Virus record (IMG/VR): IMGVR_UViG_3300025770_000870
Coordinates: 1 to 64,000 of that record
Reading direction: 5' to 3' (one strand)
Length of the DNA stretch: 64,000 bases
Position numbers and translations under genes: made by a program. The notes beneath the pieces were generated by a model that ran no database searches, had not been told where the DNA came from, and worked only from the letters and a program-made list of their open reading frames with translations. Shown piece after piece: positions 57,670 through 64,000 of this stretch (its first letter is position 1; every line of letters begins with the position of its first letter).

Positions 57670-57894
57670 ATGGAAATTTTAAACACAATTAAAGGATGGG
57701 TTACTGGTATCACTGCGGTACTAGGATCACTATTCGGACTTGCGATCTTCGCAGAATTACTTTTTGGCCAATTCCTAGGTGATGTTAGTGTTATTGCTAA
57801 CGTTCTCGTTTTGATGGAAACTCTTGGTGATAAGGGATTTGTTGGGTTATTAGCAATGATTGTTGTCCTTTCAGTAATGAAAAAAGATAACTAA
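57670..57894 (+). CDS. Small membrane protein
   Basis: Hydrophobic; followed by a strong terminator. Confidence 0.75.
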   Translation: MEILNTIKGWVTGITAVLGSLFGLAIFAELLFGQFLGDVSVIANVLVLMETLGDKGFVGLLAMIVVLSVMKKDN

Positions 57895-57915
57895 AATATT
57901 AATCAGTCGATTAAT

Positions 57916-57948
57916 AAAAAGGGGGAGACTAAGGTCTCCCCTTTTTTT
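57916..57948 (+). terminator. Intrinsic terminator
   Basis: GGGGAGAC-TAAG-GTCTCCCC plus T7. Confidence 0.9.
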
Positions 57949-57994
57949 ATTCACAAACTTAATATATAAATATGAAAAAATTAAAACAACTCAT

Positions 57995-58177
57995 ATGAGT
58001 CATAAAGTATTTATAAGACATACATATATTTATAAGTGTTCTTCTTGTTCTGGGGAATGGAAAATAAACGAAGCATCGGATATTGAAAAATTGAGTTGTC
58101 CTCACTGTGGTAAAAATGATGTTGTGGATTACGTTAGTAAAGATCAAAGAATGAAATACATTTCTAAATGGGGATAA
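57995..58177 (+). CDS. Zinc-ribbon protein
   Basis: CSSC...CPHC. Confidence 0.7.
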   Translation: MSHKVFIRHTYIYKCSSCSGEWKINEASDIEKLSCPHCGKNDVVDYVSKDQRMKYISKWG

Positions 58178-58222
58178 GACATTTTATTATTTTAATATAT
58201 AGAATATAAAAAAACAATTAAT

Positions 58223-58444
58223 ATGGGATTTTTAAAAGGATTAGCAGAAGTAGTAAATTCAACAATGTCTATACCAGGTGCAGTTATTCATGACGTAGTA
58301 CATGCTCCAACAAATATATTTGTTACAAAATCAGACAAGTCAATAATTAAAAGCGTTGCACCTAAGACAACAGGAGCAATAATCGATGCGGTGGATTCAG
58401 GAAAATCTGCGGTTACTGATTTATTATCAGGTAAACTTTATTAG
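58223..58444 (+). CDS. Hypothetical protein
   Basis: ORF track; TAATATATA at 58193. Confidence 0.7.
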   Translation: MGFLKGLAEVVNSTMSIPGAVIHDVVHAPTNIFVTKSDKSIIKSVAPKTTGAIIDAVDSGKSAVTDLLSGKLY

Positions 58445-58913
58445 AATATTTTCGGTTTCAATGGTTACTTTTACTTGAACTGGTAATGTTATAAGGTATA
58501 GTTGAGGTGTTTTATTAAAACCTCATTAGTGATTAAACTATTTTGAATAATTATTCAGTTCAATTTCCGGTAAATTCCACAACTTTAAGGTATCACCTTC
58601 TTTTAAATCTTTATCAGATTTAATTAATCGGAATTCTTTTGTTTTTGCATTTTCAAGATGGTAAATATTAATTTTAAGTTTTTGTACAACCACATATTTA
58701 GATACGCATCCAAATAAAGAACATATAAAAAATGATATTATGGTGACTTTCATTATAATTACATTCATTATGTATATATTATACACACCAATCCGAAAAT
58801 ATTTTAATTAATTTATAACTTGTATCTTTTTAGTTTCGGTAATATCACCTTGTGATATAATAAATATCAGTACAAAATTCTTGAACTTATTTTATTATTC
58901 TTATATAAAAACT

Positions 58914-59276
58914 ATGAAAAAATCGGAAATAGCAAAAAAATTAATTCAGATAGTTAATAATTCAGATAATAACTATGATGCTTATGACGATGTTCTAGAA
59001 CACTTAGAACAATCATTACCGAAAGAAAAGGTAACCAAAACAAAATCTAATAAAGTTTATATCGCAATGTCAGGATCAATGGAGTGTAGAATTGATGGTG
59101 TTTATGATAGCAAAGAGGATATGATAAATCGTTATAGAAAAGATTGGGGTGTAGAAGGAACTGATGATGAAGTATTGGAATATCTAGAAGAAGGTGAATG
59201 GAAATACGAAACAGGAACACACTATAAATCGATACAAGTATCGGAAGATAATAAATTAAATGTGATAGTTGGATAA
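58914..59276 (+). CDS. Hypothetical protein
   Basis: Preferred start MKKSE. Confidence 0.7.
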   Translation: MKKSEIAKKLIQIVNNSDNNYDAYDDVLEHLEQSLPKEKVTKTKSNKVYIAMSGSMECRIDGVYDSKEDMINRYRKDWGVEGTDDEVLEYLEEGEWKYETGTHYKSIQVSEDNKLNVIVG

Positions 59277-59277
59277 G

Positions 59278-59661
59278 ATGGAAGGAATCGTAAATATAGA
59301 TTACAATGCTGTTAAGGTAACTATTAACACATTACCTGGAATAGGTGGGTTATTAATTACAACAAACCATGGTGATGATAGTCAAGTTCAAAATACTTTT
59401 GAATTAAATGCAGAAGGTATTCTGATTAAATCAGAAGGTTCTAGTATAGCTATGAATGATGATTTCATAGAAATTAAGAGTTATGATAATATCGTAACGA
59501 TGTCAGACGATTCGATAGTGTTAGAAAACGGATATAACTCAATAACTGTAAGTGATGATGTTATGATATTAGATAATGATAATAGTAACAACACAATTGA
59601 GATAAGTGATAGTGGTATATTGATATGTGGTGATGTGACAATTAATGACAAAAAATATTAA
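59278..59661 (+). CDS. Acidic protein with short beta-strand repeats (spike/beta-helix-like)
   Basis: Repeated I-x-(M/V/I)-S/N-DD-x-I units; terminal GDVTIN. Confidence 0.55.
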   Translation: MEGIVNIDYNAVKVTINTLPGIGGLLITTNHGDDSQVQNTFELNAEGILIKSEGSSIAMNDDFIEIKSYDNIVTMSDDSIVLENGYNSITVSDDVMILDNDNSNNTIEISDSGILICGDVTINDKKY

Positions 59662-59670
59662 ATTAAAAGT

Positions 59671-59871
59671 ATGATAATAGATAAAATTAAAACAAGAAAA
59701 ACCAAAGAATTTACCTTAGTATGTGGATACTGTCGTGAAAAAATAATGAGACATAGTTTAGTAGAATTGGGAGAATCGGTTATACATAACCGAAAGCTTA
59801 ATTGTAGAATATGTAAAGACTGTAACAGAGAAATGACAATCAATAACGTATTAGATAAAAATAAATATTAA
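59671..59871 (+). CDS. Small Cys-rich protein
   Basis: CGYC...CKDC. Confidence 0.6.
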   Translation: MIIDKIKTRKTKEFTLVCGYCREKIMRHSLVELGESVIHNRKLNCRICKDCNREMTINNVLDKNKY

Positions 59872-59876
59872 AATAG

Positions 59877-60194
59877 ATGGAATATAGAATAAAAGAAGAA
59901 TTTAACAAATTTTACCCACAGGTAAAGATTATTAAAAATAGAAGTTTTTTCACCAGAACTTATTTGTTTCTGAAAAACATTGGGAAACGATCCCTGAGTA
60001 CACCCAAGACTAAAGAATGGGTTCATATGAATGTTAGTACAAATAAAAGATCACTCATTCGGAACCGGTATGTAGTTTTTAGTACTTTAAGAGAATCTAA
60101 ATTATACATACTATCTTTAGATAAAGGTGTAGTGTATCATAAGTGGTATGAAAAAAAAAGATTAAGTAATCATGAATATAGAGGTATTAAATAA
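59877..60194 (+). CDS. Hypothetical phage protein
   Basis: YRIKEE..KFYPQ. Confidence 0.65.
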   Translation: MEYRIKEEFNKFYPQVKIIKNRSFFTRTYLFLKNIGKRSLSTPKTKEWVHMNVSTNKRSLIRNRYVVFSTLRESKLYILSLDKGVVYHKWYEKKRLSNHEYRGIK

Positions 60195-61380
60195 CGTATC
60201 AGATAGACTAAATAGGCTATCTGAGTCAGCAACTATTGCGATGGCTAGAAAGGCTACAGAGCTAAAGTCACAAGGAGTAGATGTGATTAGTTTGAGTTTA
60301 GGAGAACCTGATTTTTTCACTCCTGATTTTATCAAAAAAGCTGCTTTCGAAGGTATAGAACAAAATTATTCTAAATATACTCCTGTGAATGGTTATTTAG
60401 ATTTACGAGAGGCGATAAGTAATAAATTTAAAAGAGATAACAATTTAAATTACCAACCAAGTCAGATTGTAGTTTCTAACGGGGCTAAGCAATCCATATC
60501 AAATGTTGTGATGAGTATTGTTAATCCGGGAGATGAGGTAATAATCCCAGCGCCATATTGGGTTACTTATGTAGAAATTGTGAAAATGGCAGAAGGAATA
60601 CCTGTTATCATTGAAACTTCTATTGATAATGATTTTAAGATAACTCCTCAGGAATTATCCGATGCTATTACCGATAAAACAAGGATGATGATTTATAGCT
60701 CGCCTTGTAATCCAACAGGAACAGTATATAATAGACAAGAGTTAGAATCTATTTCCGAAGTTATTGCAAATCATCCACAAGTGATAGTGATAAGTGATGA
60801 AATTTACGAACATATTAATTTTGTTGGACACCACACTTCTTTAGGTGAATTTCAAAATGTTTATGATCAAGTTGTAACTGTTAATGGTGTATCAAAAGCT
60901 TTTGCGATGACGGGGTGGAGATTGGGTTATATAGGAGCACCTGAATGGATAGCTAATGCTTGTACTAAAATACAAGGTCAGTTTACCTCTGGTCCATCTA
61001 GTATATCACAGCGTGCTGCTATTGCAGCTGTGAATGCAGATCCAAGCGTAACTCATAATATGCGTGAATCATTTAGATCAAGAAGAGAGTTAGTTTTAAC
61101 AGAGTTAAATAAAATACCCGGTATAAAATCCAATATACCCGAAGGTGCTTTTTATGTTTTCCCGGATATTAGCTTTTTCTTTGGTAAATCAGATGGTGAA
61201 TTTATGGTTAATAATGCGGATGATTTAAGTTTATACATTTTAAATAAAGTAAATGTTGCGTTGGTTACTGGATCAGCATTTGGTGATCCAAAATGTTTGC
61301 GTATATCATATGCGGCAAGTGAGAATGAATTAAGAAAAGCTTTAAAAAGAATTGAAGAGGCATTATTATTACTTAGATAA
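60172..61380 (+). CDS. aspC: Aspartate aminotransferase (PLP class I/II)
   Basis: GEPDF, NGAKQ, SPCNPTG, SDEIY, SKAFAMTGWRLGY. Confidence 0.93.
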   Translation: MNIEVLNNVSDRLNRLSESATIAMARKATELKSQGVDVISLSLGEPDFFTPDFIKKAAFEGIEQNYSKYTPVNGYLDLREAISNKFKRDNNLNYQPSQIVVSNGAKQSISNVVMSIVNPGDEVIIPAPYWVTYVEIVKMAEGIPVIIETSIDNDFKITPQELSDAITDKTRMMIYSSPCNPTGTVYNRQELESISEVIANHPQVIVISDEIYEHINFVGHHTSLGEFQNVYDQVVTVNGVSKAFAMTGWRLGYIGAPEWIANACTKIQGQFTSGPSSISQRAAIAAVNADPSVTHNMRESFRSRRELVLTELNKIPGIKSNIPEGAFYVFPDISFFFGKSDGEFMVNNADDLSLYILNKVNVALVTGSAFGDPKCLRISYAASENELRKALKRIEEALLLLR

Positions 61381-61574
61381 TAATAAAAATAATTTTATTT
61401 TTTATCATATAGTACTTAATAAGACTATGTATAAAGGGAAATAATGAAAACAAAGAATCAATTTATAATATATAATATATGAAGCGCCCCGTATTTGATC
61501 CAAATATTTAATGTAATATTGGATCTTATATATCTACACAATAACTATTATTGTGGAAAATAACAAATAATACC

Positions 61575-63146
61575 ATGGAAAATAAAAAAAGATTTAGTTT
61601 TAAAACTTTATTACTGATAATGATGACCTTCGTATTTAGTGGTCACGTTTACGCACAACCAACAACATTAATGCCAGTAGATGGGTTATGGTATACCTGG
61701 ACTACTGATGATGGAATATTATATGATGACGGAGACTTCGGTGGTGATTATACAAATGATGGATTAGGGACTTTAACAATATACCCTACCGACCAAGCTA
61801 ATGACAAAATATATTTACAATTCGTTGAGTTTAGAATAGAAAATCAAGCAACGTGTAGTTATGACTATTTAGAAATTTATGATGGAGATGATTTATCTAA
61901 TCTAATTGGAAAGTATTGTGGTACAACATCACCAAACTCTGTACAATCAACTCATTCAACTGGAGCTGTAACATTGGTTTGGTCATCTGATATTTCGGTA
62001 GTTGATGCCGGATTTGAAATTGATGTAAGTGTAGTGTCACCAGCAACAACAGTGCAGTTAGGTGATCCAAACTCAACTACCACTGATGGAAGAGTCCCAG
62101 CATATGGGTATTATGACTATTCATGGTCAGCATTAATATATGGAGCAGCTGAGGTAGGTGTACCGATTATCATAGATGAAATACAATTTGATGTTGATAA
62201 CAATATCAATACAACTATGAATAATCAAAAGATTTTCATGGCCCATACAACCATGAATACGTTTCCTAATGGAAGCGAACCGGTAGATGGAGATATTGAA
62301 ATATCTGATTGGACATTAGTTTATACTGGAGATATAACTTGGACCCATGGATGGAATTCAATACCGTTAGACGCTACATTTATGTATAATGGACTCGGAA
62401 ACTTACTTATTAAAACAATTAATGAACATGGGTCATGGACTTTTGATTATCCTGAATTTAGGTACACTGCAAAAGCTAACACAGTAGTATATAATTATGC
62501 TGACGGTGGAATGCCTGGCCCATTAGGTTGGAGAAATAACCTCAGACCTAATATGAGGCTTGGGTTTGGTGGCGGTGGTGGTTCACTACCAATTGAATTA
62601 TTATCCTTTGGTGTTGAGTCTAACGATGCAAATGATGTGGTGGTTGAATGGACTACAGCATCACAGAGCAACAATGACTACTTTACAGTTCAACGAAGTG
62701 TTGATGGATATGAGTGGGAGGAAGTAACTAAAATCACTGGTTGTGGTAACTGTAATAGTCAGATAGATTACACATATTTAGACAGGAATCCATATACTGG
62801 CGTTTCATATTATAGATTGATGCAAACAGATTATGATGGAGTATTTGAAATATTTGCACCACAGTCCGTTACTATCGCAAACAATCAAACAATAGGATTA
62901 CATATTATACCTAATCCTGCAATAGATAACATCCAATTAGAGTTAGTATATCCAGATCCATTACATCGAGACTATAATCATGATGTACGAATATACAATT
63001 CTGATGGAGTAGAAGTTTATAAGAAGTTTTATATGGGTGAGTTAGAGGATTTTAACATTGATATTAAGAAACTTAAAACTGGATATTATATCATAAACAC
63101 TAAAGGCGATCGAGTTAAAGGTACTGGAAAGTTTATAAAAGAATAG
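61575..63146 (+). CDS. Secreted CUB-domain protein with T9SS type A sorting domain
   Basis: Signal peptide; CSYDYLEIYDG...GKYCG (CUB); LPIELLSF; IPNPA...GYYII C-terminal domain. Confidence 0.85.
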   Translation: MENKKRFSFKTLLLIMMTFVFSGHVYAQPTTLMPVDGLWYTWTTDDGILYDDGDFGGDYTNDGLGTLTIYPTDQANDKIYLQFVEFRIENQATCSYDYLEIYDGDDLSNLIGKYCGTTSPNSVQSTHSTGAVTLVWSSDISVVDAGFEIDVSVVSPATTVQLGDPNSTTTDGRVPAYGYYDYSWSALIYGAAEVGVPIIIDEIQFDVDNNINTTMNNQKIFMAHTTMNTFPNGSEPVDGDIEISDWTLVYTGDITWTHGWNSIPLDATFMYNGLGNLLIKTINEHGSWTFDYPEFRYTAKANTVVYNYADGGMPGPLGWRNNLRPNMRLGFGGGGGSLPIELLSFGVESNDANDVVVEWTTASQSNNDYFTVQRSVDGYEWEEVTKITGCGNCNSQIDYTYLDRNPYTGVSYYRLMQTDYDGVFEIFAPQSVTIANNQTIGLHIIPNPAIDNIQLELVYPDPLHRDYNHDVRIYNSDGVEVYKKFYMGELEDFNIDIKKLKTGYYIINTKGDRVKGTGKFIKE

Positions 63147-63163
63147 GACGGTATATAATAACT

Positions 63164-63454
63164 TTATAAAGTTTTGATTATATTTGATTGTTTTAAAATT
63201 TCACTTATATCTTTTTGATTATACCAAATATATTCACTATTGGGATAACTAACACCGAAAAAGGGACCAGTACCTTCCTTATCCGTTCTTTTATATAATG
63301 GTAGGTTTTTCCCACTTTGTAATATCACTCCTTCTTTATCTTTGTGAATAAATCTAATACCTATCCTCGGTCTCAATACTTCTATATTCATCATTATATT
63401 TCTTTTACTATATGAAAAGCCAACCCACAATATCCAGATTAGTATCATTATCAA
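63164..63454 (-). CDS. Hypothetical protein (start uncertain)
   Basis: ORF track. Confidence 0.5.
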   Translation of the reverse strand: MIMILIWILWVGFSYSKRNIMMNIEVLRPRIGIRFIHKDKEGVILQSGKNLPLYKRTDKEGTGPFFGVSYPNSEYIWYNQKDISEILKQSNIIKTL

Positions 63455-63602
63455 TTTTTTCTTCTTTAAACTTCAAGAAGCTTTCTTTGTTTGCAAATTG
63501 AGCAACTGATTGGTTACCATTAGTTTTATTTTTAAAGTGAATATAACCCACCATGCTATTCTTTTTAAGTTCTTCTACGTTTGGTATTTTTACTATCATC
63601 AT
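63408..63602 (-). CDS. Hypothetical protein
   Basis: ORF track. Confidence 0.6.
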   Translation of the reverse strand: MMIVKIPNVEELKKNSMVGYIHFKNKTNGNQSVAQFANKESFLKFKEEKIDNDTNLDIVGWLFI

Positions 63603-64000
63603 ATATTATTTTTATTTCGGAGAATTAATAGATTTTCCATTCTCATTCGAAGTTCTATAATCTTATACTCATCTGTCTCAGATTCTATCATTTCTTCTAC
63701 TATATCGATAGAAGAATCTATCATCATTGATGATAATGCTTCATCTACTTCTTCATCTGTTAGTTGTTTCATATTATTATATATTACTTAGTTCTGAAAG
63801 ATGTTAAATTACATTTCTCCTTTAAGTGTTTCTAATTGGTTACTGACCTCAGTAAGTCTTAGATTTGAATCTTCGAATATACCATCAAAGTGTTCTTCTG
63901 ATACTAAGGTTTGGTTCTTATCAACTCCAGTAGTGATAGTTTCGATGTTATATTCTATTTCAGATAAGTTAGTCCATATCTTGTTTAGTGACTCTCCTAA

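Noticed and set aside
1-64000. Stop-codon recoding (TAG or TGA read-through)
   Set aside because: Recognisable enzymes are full length under code 11, and several genes end naturally at TAG or TGA. The open frame after the TAG at 1173 is better explained by a 1-nt shift.
1-64000. Ordinary Bacteroidota chromosome
   Set aside because: Host-like genes are isolated singletons among phage-like micro-ORFs, with no housekeeping operons. Viral origin remains an inference because hallmark virion genes are not in the window.

Overview
Very AT-rich, densely coding 64-kb segment that reads as part of a large (jumbo/mega-size) lytic phage of a Bacteroidota host. This is inferred from many short hypothetical ORFs, Bacteroidota-type TAnnTTTG promoters, no Shine-Dalgarno sites and Bacteroidota-like host-derived genes. 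No capsid, terminase or polymerase gene is in the window. Main structures: (1) 1-6.2 kb, a co-directional minus-strand array of about 35 micro-genes joined by about 28 copies of an 18-23 nt junction repeat, TAAACCAAAACAAAGATG(AGTAA), which has stop codons in all three frames plus the next start codon; the array runs off the left edge. (2) About 27 otherwise diverse proteins share an N-terminal MK(Y/H)(L/I)KxF/Y(E/N)(E/S) leader reminiscent of the T4 capsid-targeting sequence, usually behind a TAATATATA putative late promoter. (3) Auxiliary and host-manipulation genes: NAD salvage pair (nadV plus NadM-Nudix), purA, three QueC-like genes, fatty acid desaturase, aspartate aminotransferase, HD-domain (p)ppGpp hydrolase, PrsW protease, response regulator, sigma factor, several T9SS-type secreted proteins, an outer-membrane beta-barrel and tRNA-Arg(UCU). 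All calls come from reading motifs by eye; no database search was run.
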